From Thermovirgaceae bacterium (GTDB lineage: Bacteria; Synergistota; Synergistia; Synergistales; Thermovirgaceae): a DNA stretch of 64,000 nucleotides. The position numbers were made by a program, and so were the translations under genes. The notes beneath the pieces are model-generated. The model made no database searches. It was not told the DNA's origin and saw only the letters and a program-made list of their open reading frames with translations. Shown in pieces: positions 18,580-26,413 of this stretch. Numbering within the stretch: position 1 is the stretch's first letter; every line of letters starts with the position of its first letter. The stretch covers positions 64,001 through 128,000 of the forward strand of contig JAXGNU010000005.1 of the NCBI GenBank assembly GCA_040767805.1, given 5' to 3'.

Positions 18580-19442
18580 GGAAAGGCCTGGGGGCCCTCA
18601 TACCGGGGGCGCAGGCGGAGCCCCTGCCGCCGGAAGGTGCGACGGAGGTCCTCCGCTTGAACCTTGGGGAGATAAAACCCTCGCCGAACCAGCCCAGGAA
18701 GGACTTCGACATCGAGGGCCTGGAAGCCCTGGCAGCCTCCATCAGGGAGCACGGCGTCGTCCAGCCCGTGGTCGTCCGAAAGCTCGATGGCGGTTACGAG
18801 ATCGTGGCCGGTGAGAGAAGGTGGCGCGCCGCAGGTATGGCGGGCCTTGACGAGGTGCCCGTCCGGGTCATCGATGTGGACGAGAACAGGGTCATCGAGC
18901 TGTCCCTGGTGGAGAACCTCCAGAGGGAGGACCTCTCCCCCCTGGAGGCCGCCAAGGGTATAGGCGAGCTGGTGGATAAGTTCTCCCTCACCCAGGAACA
19001 GGCGGCCCGGAAACTGGGGTGGAGCAGGGCGGCCGTGGCCAACAAGCTGAGGCTTCTGAACCTCCCCGAGGAACTCCAGGCGATGCTCCACCGGGGGGAC
19101 TTGAGCGAGGGGCACGCCAGGGCGCTGCTTTCCCTGGAGGATCCCCTGGAACAGGTCCAGCTCGCCAGGCAGTGTGTGGACCGGGGCATGTCCGTCCGGG
19201 AGGTCGAAGAGGCCGTCCGCAAGCCCTCGGGCGGGGGGAAGTCCGGGAGGAGCCGGTCGTCCCAGTCGATCCTGGTCCCTGAGCCCCTTCTCAGGGTCTC
19301 GGAACGCTACGGCATTGATATCAGGGTCAGCGGGCGCGGGGACAACGTGAGGGTCATGCTGGGCGGGTTGAGCGAGGACGAAGCCCGCAGGCTCTTCGAA
19401 ATGATAGACCGGAGCGGGGAGATACTCTTCCCCGGCAAGTGA
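18558..19442 (+). CDS. parB: Chromosome partitioning protein ParB/Spo0J
   Basis: LGKGLGALI, QPRK, GERRWRA CTPase motif, ENLQREDL, HTH, GHARALL. Confidence 0.97.
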   Translation: MARPRALGKGLGALIPGAQAEPLPPEGATEVLRLNLGEIKPSPNQPRKDFDIEGLEALAASIREHGVVQPVVVRKLDGGYEIVAGERRWRAAGMAGLDEVPVRVIDVDENRVIELSLVENLQREDLSPLEAAKGIGELVDKFSLTQEQAARKLGWSRAAVANKLRLLNLPEELQAMLHRGDLSEGHARALLSLEDPLEQVQLARQCVDRGMSVREVEEAVRKPSGGGKSGRSRSSQSILVPEPLLRVSERYGIDIRVSGRGDNVRVMLGGLSEDEARRLFEMIDRSGEILFPGK

Positions 19443-19459
19443 AGCCGAGGGTCGCGGCG

Positions 19460-19672
19460 ATGTCGAGGCTCACCGGGGACCTAGCCGCCTTCTCCAGGGT
19501 GCTTTCCTCGGCGCTTCTCCTCTGTGGCTTCATTATCCTCGGCGTGGTGGGCGGAAGGGCCCTGGTCACGCGGGGGTACCCCGGGTGGACACAACCGGCG
19601 GCGATCGTGGGTGGAACAGCCCTCGGCGCCTGGCAGGCCTGGGGTTTTCTGAAGGCCGGGATGAAGAGGTGA
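19460..19672 (+). CDS. Small two-TM protein resembling the AtpZ/AtpI ('ATPase gene 1') family; alternative start 19439
   Basis: About 70 aa, two hydrophobic helices with GxxxG; directly follows parB. Confidence 0.5.
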   Translation: MSRLTGDLAAFSRVLSSALLLCGFIILGVVGGRALVTRGYPGWTQPAAIVGGTALGAWQAWGFLKAGMKR

Positions 19673-19685
19673 CGGGAGCGGAAGC

Positions 19686-19715
19686 CGTGAATCGTAAATC
19701 GTGAATCGTGAATCG
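19686..19715 (+). repeat. Heptamer tandem repeat (CGTGAAT)x4
   Basis: CGTGAAT-CGTAAAT-CGTGAAT-CGTGAAT-CG. Confidence 0.85.
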
Positions 19716-19876
19716 GAAAGGCAAGGAGGCAGAAAACCCCGGAACTAAGACAAAACCTAAAGGCGGGAGACGAAAGGGCAGGGTCCGGGAAGCGAAAGAC
19801 CTTGAGCTGGGGTTTGCAGCCCTTGACCATTGAATCTCTCAGGCTTTTCATTTTAAGACCGGCGGCCCGCCGCGGG

Positions 19877-19892
19877 TGTTTCACGTGAAACA
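19877..19892. other. parS centromere site 2
   Basis: Perfect TGTTTCACGTGAAACA about 430 bp downstream of parB. Confidence 0.97.
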
Positions 19893-19928
19893 TACACGGT
19901 CACGGCCGTCATGGAAGGGGGGGGCTCT

Positions 19929-20426
19929 TTGGACCAACTCTTCGCACCCTGGCGGATGGCCTATATCGACGGGGCCGACAAGCAGGAAGGGTGCATCTTC
20001 TGCGATTTTCCCAAGGCGAATGAAGACAGGAAGCGGCTCATCCTCGCCCGGGGGGAACTGGTTTTCGTGATACTCAACGCCTTCCCCTACAACCCCGGGC
20101 ACCTCATGGTGGCCCCCTTCAGGCACGAGGGGGACTACGAGAACCTCAAGGACGAAGAATGCCTGGAGATGCACCGCTTCGGGCAGAGGTGCGTCACCGT
20201 CCTCAAGGAAGCCATGAACCCCCAGGGCTTCAACCTGGGCATAAACATCGGCAGGACCGCCGGGGCGGGCTTCGCCGATCATGTCCATCTTCACATCGTC
20301 CCCAGGTGGAACGGGGACACCAACTTCATGCCCGTCATAGCCGGCACGAAGGTCCTGCCGGCCTCGCTGCAGGAGACCTGGGAGAGCCTGAAGAAGGTTT
20401 GGGAGGCCCATGACCGGCGGCGGTGA
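19929..20426 (+). CDS. HIT-family nucleotide hydrolase/phosphorylase
   Basis: LFAPWRMAYI, CIFC, NAFPYNPGHLMV, HVHLHIVPRW. Confidence 0.92.
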   Translation: MDQLFAPWRMAYIDGADKQEGCIFCDFPKANEDRKRLILARGELVFVILNAFPYNPGHLMVAPFRHEGDYENLKDEECLEMHRFGQRCVTVLKEAMNPQGFNLGINIGRTAGAGFADHVHLHIVPRWNGDTNFMPVIAGTKVLPASLQETWESLKKVWEAHDRRR

Positions 20427-21036
20427 ATTCTTCGAGCCGGCCACCTTCGCCGAGGTCGAAACTAGGCACAAGCGCTCCCTTTTCATTGGTAGGGTCTTTC
20501 GCGCGGGCACCGAAGAGGAAGCCCGGGAATACGTCAGAGAGATATCTCGGCGACATGCTGACGCTACGCATCACTGTTGGGCCTACAAAGTGGGCTTCCC
20601 CCAGGCGACGGAGTACTACTCCGATGCCGGCGAGCCTTCGGGGACGGCGGGCAGGCCCATCCTCGGGGCCATCCACCGGGCCGGCGTCGTCAACACGGTG
20701 GTGGTGGTCACCCGGTACTTCGGGGGGACGAAGCTGGGCGTGAGGGGCCTCATCGAGGCCTACGGCGAGTGCGCCGCGCTGGCCCTGGCGGCGGCCGGGC
20801 GAAGGGGGCGCGTCAGGTCCAGGGAGGCTTCCCTGGAGTGCCCCTATGAGCACGCCCGGTCGGTCCTGAAGCAGCTGGCGGACCTCGGCCTGCCAGAGAG
20901 CGCCGTGGAGACGGAGTGGGGTGCCGCGGTGACCCTCACAGCGGCGGTGCCCCTGTCCCTCGCCGACGATGCCGCTTCCCTCTTCGATAATTACGAAGAA
21001 AGAGGTTTAATTACCCGCTGGGAATGGAAAAAATAG
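20410..21036 (+). CDS. YigZ/IMPACT family protein
   Basis: KRSLFI, DATHHCWAY, DAGEPSGTAG, VTRYFGGTKLG. Confidence 0.93.
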   Translation: MTGGGEFFEPATFAEVETRHKRSLFIGRVFRAGTEEEAREYVREISRRHADATHHCWAYKVGFPQATEYYSDAGEPSGTAGRPILGAIHRAGVVNTVVVVTRYFGGTKLGVRGLIEAYGECAALALAAAGRRGRVRSREASLECPYEHARSVLKQLADLGLPESAVETEWGAAVTLTAAVPLSLADDAASLFDNYEERGLITRWEWKK

Positions 21037-21054
21037 GACTGGAGGGGATCATCA

Positions 21055-22560
21055 GTGCAGCACACCGATGACCGTTCATCGTTCAGTGAGAAGCTGGCCC
21101 ACCCCGTGAGCCGGAGCCTCCTCCGGGACGTCACCGAGGATGAACTCAGGGCCATGGCTTTCCACGAAGCCGTGCCCAACGACCAGGGAGCCTCCCTCTA
21201 CGTAACGAAAATCCGCTCCAGGAGCGCGGCCTTCACCGATATCGTCTACGAGGTCGACGAGCCCCTGGTGGCGCTGCTGGAACAGGTATGGGGTTACCTC
21301 CGGTGGCAGCAGATGATCCGCGTAACGGCCAGGATAGGCTCACCGGACCGCCGGCCGATGCTGGCGAACTTCTACGTGACCCGCAGGTATGCCAGGCTGG
21401 CCCAGATGTTCGCCATGAACTTCTCCACGGAACTGGACCGGGACTATGCCGACATAGTCACCGTGGCCGTCCCCGAGTGGCACCAGCGCAAGATCATCGT
21501 CCTCCCCAGGCAGAGGGTCACCTACATCCTGGGGAGCGACTACTACGGCGAGACCAAGATGGCCACCCTGAGGATGGTCATGCACCTGGGGCGCGAAACG
21601 ATGAACGCCCTCGGCCTTCACGCCGGCAGCAAGGTCATCAGGGTGAACACCCCCAGGGGGCTGGAGGAGAAGGGAGTGCTCATCTTCGGGCTTTCCGGCA
21701 CCGGCAAGACCACCATCACCACGGCCGATCACGGCCTGGAGGCGCCCGAGGGCGTGGAGGTGCTTCAGGACGATATAAACATCCTCCTCTCCAACGGCAG
21801 CGCCCTGGGTTCGGAGGCCAACTTCTACATAAAGACCGACAACGTGACGAAGCAGCCGGCTCTCCTGTGGGCCGCCCGGGACAGGAAGGCCCTCATAGAG
21901 AACTGCTGGGTGGACGATGACGACCATATCAACTTCGACGACCACGCCCTGACGACCAACGGCAGGGCCGTCGTCCCCCGGGAGGCGATACCCAACACGT
22001 CGGGCCGGATAGACCTGGACAAGGTCGACTGCCTGCTTTTCAACATGAGGAGGTACGACACCCCGCCCATCGGGCGCCTCGTCTCGCCGGAGCAGGCCGC
22101 GGCCTACTTCATGCTGGGGGAGTCGACCATCACCAGCGCGGACGACCCCTCCAGGGTGGGCCAGGCCAAGAGAGTGGTTGGCTTCGACCCCTTCGTCATC
22201 GACAACCCCCACATCAACGGCAACAGGCTGTTGAGGATCCTGAGGGACAACCCGGGCATCCGGTGCTACCTCCTCAACACCGGGAGGATTGGGGGCAAGG
22301 ACGGGGCCAACATCACCGTCGAGGCCACCACCACGGCCGTCAGAGAAGCCATGAGGGAGACCCTGGAGTGGCGCTACGACGATATCCTGGGTTACGAGGT
22401 ACCCTCGTCGCTGCCGGTGCCCCAGGGAGGGGACCTCGACCCCTACCGGTGGTACTCCCGGGAGGAATACGCCTCCATGATCGGCGACCTTCGCAGGGAA
22501 AGAAAGGAATACCTGCAACAGTTCAAGGGCCTGGCCCCGGAGATCGTCGACGGGGTCTGA
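21055..22560 (+). CDS. pckA: Phosphoenolpyruvate carboxykinase (ATP)-family protein
   Basis: YYGETK, LHAG, FGLSGTGKTT P-loop, LQDD, NGRA, YLLNTG. Confidence 0.85.
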   Translation: MQHTDDRSSFSEKLAHPVSRSLLRDVTEDELRAMAFHEAVPNDQGASLYVTKIRSRSAAFTDIVYEVDEPLVALLEQVWGYLRWQQMIRVTARIGSPDRRPMLANFYVTRRYARLAQMFAMNFSTELDRDYADIVTVAVPEWHQRKIIVLPRQRVTYILGSDYYGETKMATLRMVMHLGRETMNALGLHAGSKVIRVNTPRGLEEKGVLIFGLSGTGKTTITTADHGLEAPEGVEVLQDDINILLSNGSALGSEANFYIKTDNVTKQPALLWAARDRKALIENCWVDDDDHINFDDHALTTNGRAVVPREAIPNTSGRIDLDKVDCLLFNMRRYDTPPIGRLVSPEQAAAYFMLGESTITSADDPSRVGQAKRVVGFDPFVIDNPHINGNRLLRILRDNPGIRCYLLNTGRIGGKDGANITVEATTTAVREAMRETLEWRYDDILGYEVPSSLPVPQGGDLDPYRWYSREEYASMIGDLRRERKEYLQQFKGLAPEIVDGV

Positions 22561-22584
22561 CGGGAGAACCGCCCTAAGGCCAAG

Positions 22585-23220
22585 CTAGAGCCCTTCCTGG
22601 ACGGCCCTCTCCCAGGCGCTCCCGAGGTGGCAGGCCTCGCCCAGGACGAGGACCTCCAGCCCCCGGGGCGTCTCCTCCAGGAGGGTGATGCTGCCGTTCC
22701 CGAGGCGGAACCTCCAGAAGCTGTCCAAGGGCGCGTCGAAGACCCGGCAGAGGAGGACCTTGAGGACCGCGTCGTGGGAGAAGAGGGCCAGGGTGTCCCC
22801 CGGGCCCGCCAGGATCTCCCTGAAGGCCCCCCATGCCCGGCGGGAGACCCCGTGGAGGTTCTCCCCCCCCGGCATGGTCACCTCCTCCGGCCTGGAGTGC
22901 CAGAGGGAGAGCATCCCCGGCCACAGGCTTTCCACTTCCCCGGCGGTGTGCCCCTCCCAGAGACCATGGTCTATTTCGATCAAGCCCGGGTGGGTCTCAA
23001 TACCTAACCCAAGGAGGGAGGCCGCGGCCTCCGCCGTCCCGGCGGCGCGGGAGAGGGGGCTCGACACCACCCTGTCCACGGAAGAACGCAGGAGCGCCCC
23101 CGCGGCGGAGCGGGCCTGCCCCCTGCCCAGGTCGTTCAGGGGGATGTCCCTCCTGCCCTGGAAGCGCCCTTCCCGGTTCCAGTCCGTCTCGCCGTGCCTT
23201 ACCAGGAAGATCCGCCTCAT
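22585..23220 (-). CDS. Histidine-phosphatase-family, metal-independent phosphoserine phosphatase (iPSP/PspA type)
   Basis: RHGET catalytic motif; EIDHG with His at residue 85; last gene of the serC-serA operon. Confidence 0.8.
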   Translation of the reverse strand: MRRIFLVRHGETDWNREGRFQGRRDIPLNDLGRGQARSAAGALLRSSVDRVVSSPLSRAAGTAEAAASLLGLGIETHPGLIEIDHGLWEGHTAGEVESLWPGMLSLWHSRPEEVTMPGGENLHGVSRRAWGAFREILAGPGDTLALFSHDAVLKVLLCRVFDAPLDSFWRFRLGNGSITLLEETPRGLEVLVLGEACHLGSAWERAVQEGL

Positions 23221-24867
23221 CTAGAGGTCCTCCGTAAAGCGGACCTTCACCGCCCAGAGCAGGTCCACATCCTTTTTCAGTTCCTCCAGGACGGGCATGG
23301 GGACGTCGTCGTCGATCTGCAGGGCCCCCACGGCCAACCCGCTCCCGTTCCTGCGCCCCAGGGCGAAGTTGGCGATGTTCGTCCCGGCTCTCCCCAGGAG
23401 GGTCCCCACCTTCCCGATCACGCCGGGGCGGTCGTGGTTGCTGAAGAGGAGTACCGTCCCCTCGGGGATGAACTCTATCCAGTAGCCCCCTATGTTGACC
23501 ACCCTCTGGCGTCCCTCTTCGGTTATCGTCCCCGACACGGTGATGCCCTCCCGGGAACCGGGCGACAGGAGCTCCAGTTCGACCTGGTTGCGCCAGGTCC
23601 CGGGGCCGGTACGGCTCTCCTCGATCCTGATGCCCTTGTCCTCCGCCAGCATCGGCGCCGACATGTAGTTCACCTCGGGACCGTGGGAGTATTCCAGGTA
23701 GCCCTTGAGCCCAGCCACAGTGAAGGGGGAGAAATGATAGGGTATTTCGAAGCACACCGGCTCGTCGGCGGGCGAGAAGAGGGGGCCCCGCAGGCTGACC
23801 TTCAGCCGCGTAGCCGGCTCCCGCGAGAGGTGCGCCGCCAGGTAACCGAGTTTGCGGGCCAGCGAAAGGAAGGCCCTGGTGCCCTCGGGGAGGGACTGCT
23901 CCACGAAAGGTAAGTTCACGGCGTTCTCGCAGGGTTTCCCCTTGAGGGCGGCCAGGAGGTTCGAGCAGGCTATGACGGCCACCGCCGACTGGGCCTCCTC
24001 GGTGTTGGCCCCGATGTGGGGCGTCAAGACCACCTTCTCACGGATATCATCGGCAAGCAGGGGGTTGTCGGGCCGCGGGGGTTCGCCGTCGTAGACGTCG
24101 ATGGCGGCCCCGGCCAGGTGCCCTGAGCGCAGGGCCTCCGCGCAGGCAGCCTCGTCCACGAGCCCGCCCCTGGCGCAGTTGACCAGGTAGGCTCCCGGCC
24201 TGCAGGCTTTTATTGCCTCCCCGTCGATGATACCCCGCGTCTCGGACGTCAGGGGGACGTGCAGGGTGACCACGTCGGCCAGGGACAGGGCGCCCTTGAG
24301 GTCTTCCATCAGGCGGACGCCGGCCCTGTCGGCCTTGGCCTGGGAGACGTAGGGGTCGTAGGCGGAAACCTCCATGCCGAAAGCCCTGCACCGGGCCGCC
24401 ACCTGGGTCCCTATCCTGCCCAGCCCGACGATGAGGAGCCTTTTGCCCGAGAGCTGCCTGCCCAGGAAGCGGCTCCTCTTCCACTCCCCGGAGGTCAGCG
24501 ATTGAAAGGCCTGGGGTACCTTCCTTACCATGGAGAGCATCACGGCCATGGTGTGTTCCGTCGCCGCCAAGGTGTTCCCCGTGGGCGCGTTTATGACCAC
24601 GACGCCCCTGCGGCTAGCTTCGGCCAGGTCGATGTTGTCCAGCCCTACGCCGGCCCTCGCCGCAGCCCGCAGCCTTTTCGCGGCGTCCAGGATCTCGGGG
24701 TCGAGGGGGGTCCCGCTCCGGGTGATCATCCCGTCCACGTCCCCCACCTCCGCGAGGAGTTCCTCCCGGGAGAGGCCCGTTTTGACGAGCAACTGCACCT
24801 CCGGGTCCTGCCGAAGTACATCCAGCCCAGCCTCGGAGATATTTTCCGTTACCAGTACCTTCAGCAT
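23221..24867 (-). CDS. serA: D-3-phosphoglycerate dehydrogenase (type I, ASB+ACT)
   Basis: RAGVGLDNID, GLGRIG, NCARGG, TPHIGA, DRPGVIG ACT domain; ATG 24867 overlaps the upstream stop. Confidence 0.95.
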   Translation of the reverse strand: MLKVLVTENISEAGLDVLRQDPEVQLLVKTGLSREELLAEVGDVDGMITRSGTPLDPEILDAAKRLRAAARAGVGLDNIDLAEASRRGVVVINAPTGNTLAATEHTMAVMLSMVRKVPQAFQSLTSGEWKRSRFLGRQLSGKRLLIVGLGRIGTQVAARCRAFGMEVSAYDPYVSQAKADRAGVRLMEDLKGALSLADVVTLHVPLTSETRGIIDGEAIKACRPGAYLVNCARGGLVDEAACAEALRSGHLAGAAIDVYDGEPPRPDNPLLADDIREKVVLTPHIGANTEEAQSAVAVIACSNLLAALKGKPCENAVNLPFVEQSLPEGTRAFLSLARKLGYLAAHLSREPATRLKVSLRGPLFSPADEPVCFEIPYHFSPFTVAGLKGYLEYSHGPEVNYMSAPMLAEDKGIRIEESRTGPGTWRNQVELELLSPGSREGITVSGTITEEGRQRVVNIGGYWIEFIPEGTVLLFSNHDRPGVIGKVGTLLGRAGTNIANFALGRRNGSGLAVGALQIDDDVPMPVLEELKKDVDLLWAVKVRFTEDL

Positions 24868-26012
24868 GACCGATCCCCTTCCCTTTCCCACGTCTTGAAG
24901 GCTTTGTCCAGAAAACCGCCCCCCGCGTCGATGCCGCATTCCCTGGCTGCGCCGAAGACTCCGCCGGCCAGGAGGCATACCTCCGGCCACCCACCGGGGT
25001 TGTAGTGGGCGATCCGCAGGGTGCCGCCGCCCCTTCCCTGCCCCTCGGCGACGGTGATGCCCATATCTTCGAGGGCCTTCTTCATGGGCCGCTCTTTCCC
25101 TGAGGGCACCTCGAGGGCGGTCATGACGGGCGATCGGTACTCCCTTTCCCTCACGAAAAGTTCGAAACCCATCGCCTCGCAGGCGGCCTCGAAGGAGCGA
25201 GCCTTCCTGCGCGTCCTGTCGGCCCAGGCGTCCCATCCGAAGCCCTCGAGAAGGCGGAGCGACTCGGCCAGTCCGTAAAAGACGCTCACGGGAGGAGTGA
25301 AGGGGTTCTGGGGCCTCCCCTTTTTCAGGAATCTCCTGTGGAGGGTCAGGTCGAAGAAGTATGAGGGGCAGGCCCCCTTGGCGGCCCTTTCCCAACCCCG
25401 TTCCGAGAGGTGGACCAGGGCAAGGCCGGGGGGAGCGAGAAGCCCCTTCTGGGAGCAGGAGGCGAGGCCGTCGATCCCCCACTTCGAGGGGCGGCAGGTC
25501 ATGGCTCCGAGGGAGCTCACGGCGTCGACCAGCACAAGCGGTCCGTCGGCGGGGACCTCCGCCAGGAGTTCTTCCAGGGGGTTGACCACGCCCGTGGAAG
25601 TCTCGTGGTGGGTGAAAAGTAGTGCATCAGCCCCGGGATATCTTTCCAGGGCTTCCCTGACGTGCCCTCTCGTGAATCCCTCGCCCCGGGGTGCGTCAAG
25701 GGCGTGGATCTTGGCGCCTCTCCTCGATGCGATCTCCCGGAAACGGTCCCCGAAGGTCCCGCAGGAGAAGGAGATCACCTCGTCGTCGGGCGACAACAGG
25801 TTGGCCGTCAGGGTTTCCAGGGCCCCTGTGCCGGAACCCGGAAGGATGACCACGGGTTCCTCGACGTCCAGGAGTCTTTCAAGGCGGCCCGTTACTTCCT
25901 CCAGCAGGTCGGACCATTCCTCGCTCCGATGGCTGATCATGGGCCCGGCCGCCGCCCTCCTGACGGAAAAGGGCACGTCCACCGGCCCGGGAGTGTACAG
26001 GTATCGCGTCAT
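24861..26012 (-). CDS. Class V PLP aminotransferase, probable phosphoserine aminotransferase (alanine-glyoxylate-type fold)
   Basis: YTPGPV, GSGTGALE, HHETSTGV, VDAVSS, SQKGLLAPPG; first gene of the ser operon. Confidence 0.85.
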   Translation of the reverse strand: MTRYLYTPGPVDVPFSVRRAAAGPMISHRSEEWSDLLEEVTGRLERLLDVEEPVVILPGSGTGALETLTANLLSPDDEVISFSCGTFGDRFREIASRRGAKIHALDAPRGEGFTRGHVREALERYPGADALLFTHHETSTGVVNPLEELLAEVPADGPLVLVDAVSSLGAMTCRPSKWGIDGLASCSQKGLLAPPGLALVHLSERGWERAAKGACPSYFFDLTLHRRFLKKGRPQNPFTPPVSVFYGLAESLRLLEGFGWDAWADRTRRKARSFEAACEAMGFELFVREREYRSPVMTALEVPSGKERPMKKALEDMGITVAEGQGRGGGTLRIAHYNPGGWPEVCLLAGGVFGAARECGIDAGGGFLDKAFKTWEREGDRSC

Positions 26013-26030
26013 GGGATCCCCTCCTCGTAG

Positions 26031-26064
26031 ATAAAAAAGGCCGGGAGAACACTTCTCCCGGCCT
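26031..26064 (-). terminator. Attenuator terminator of the ser operon leader
   Basis: Minus strand AGGCCGGGAGAA-GTG-TTCTCCCGGCCT-TTTTTAT, immediately upstream of the aminotransferase RBS. Confidence 0.9.
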
Positions 26065-26108
26065 GTATCTCCCTGAAACGCTGTGTTTTTTCCCCAGTTG
26101 TCCTGGGT

Positions 26109-26222
26109 CTACCGCGGTCCTCCCCCTGCCGGCAAAGAGAGGCCTGCCCTTCCGGGCCAACCGGAAGAGGAGCTGGAAGAAGAGCTACCGGCCTTGCCGA
26201 CAAAAAGGTAAACCTCGATCAA
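26109..26222 (-). CDS. Serine-rich leader peptide MIEVYLFVGKAGSSSSSSSSGWPGRAGLSLPAGGGPR (37 aa)
   Basis: TTG start after GGGGAAGTG; codons 13-20 are AGC TCT TCT TCC AGC TCC TCT TCC; TAG stop before the terminator. Confidence 0.85.
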   Translation of the reverse strand: MIEVYLFVGKAGSSSSSSSSGWPGRAGLSLPAGGGPR

Positions 26223-26317
26223 GAGAAAACACTTCCCCGTGAAAACATTGTCCGATTTATACCACGAGAGCGTTCAAAGGTAAATAGCCGCCCCGGGCCC
26301 CGGGCGGCGCCTCTTGT

Positions 26318-26346
26318 TTGACGTATGCGTCTGCAGCCTCTACGAT
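26318..26346 (+). promoter_or_regulatory. Sigma70-type promoter of the C-N hydrolase gene
   Basis: TTGACG-N17-TACGAT. Confidence 0.6.
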
Positions 26347-26413
26347 GATGCCTCAAATAGACCCTCCAAGGGGCTCGATCTTTAACGGGAAAACGCGAAG
26401 GGAGATGTAGAAA

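Noticed and set aside
24868..25482. Long N-terminal extensions in the ORF track (serA 753 aa; likewise proC, rsmG, parA, ocd2, Fe-ADH)
   Set aside because: They overlap real upstream genes or leaders; downstream starts have proper RBSs and family-typical lengths
26232..26247. Third parS-like site CTTCCCCGTGAAAACA
   Set aside because: Several mismatches plus an extra base; on the minus strand it is the SD region of the Ser leader
26013..26290. T-box riboswitch before the ser operon (also considered for proC)
   Set aside because: No GGTGG-ACC T-box antiterminator motif or stem I features are visible in either leader
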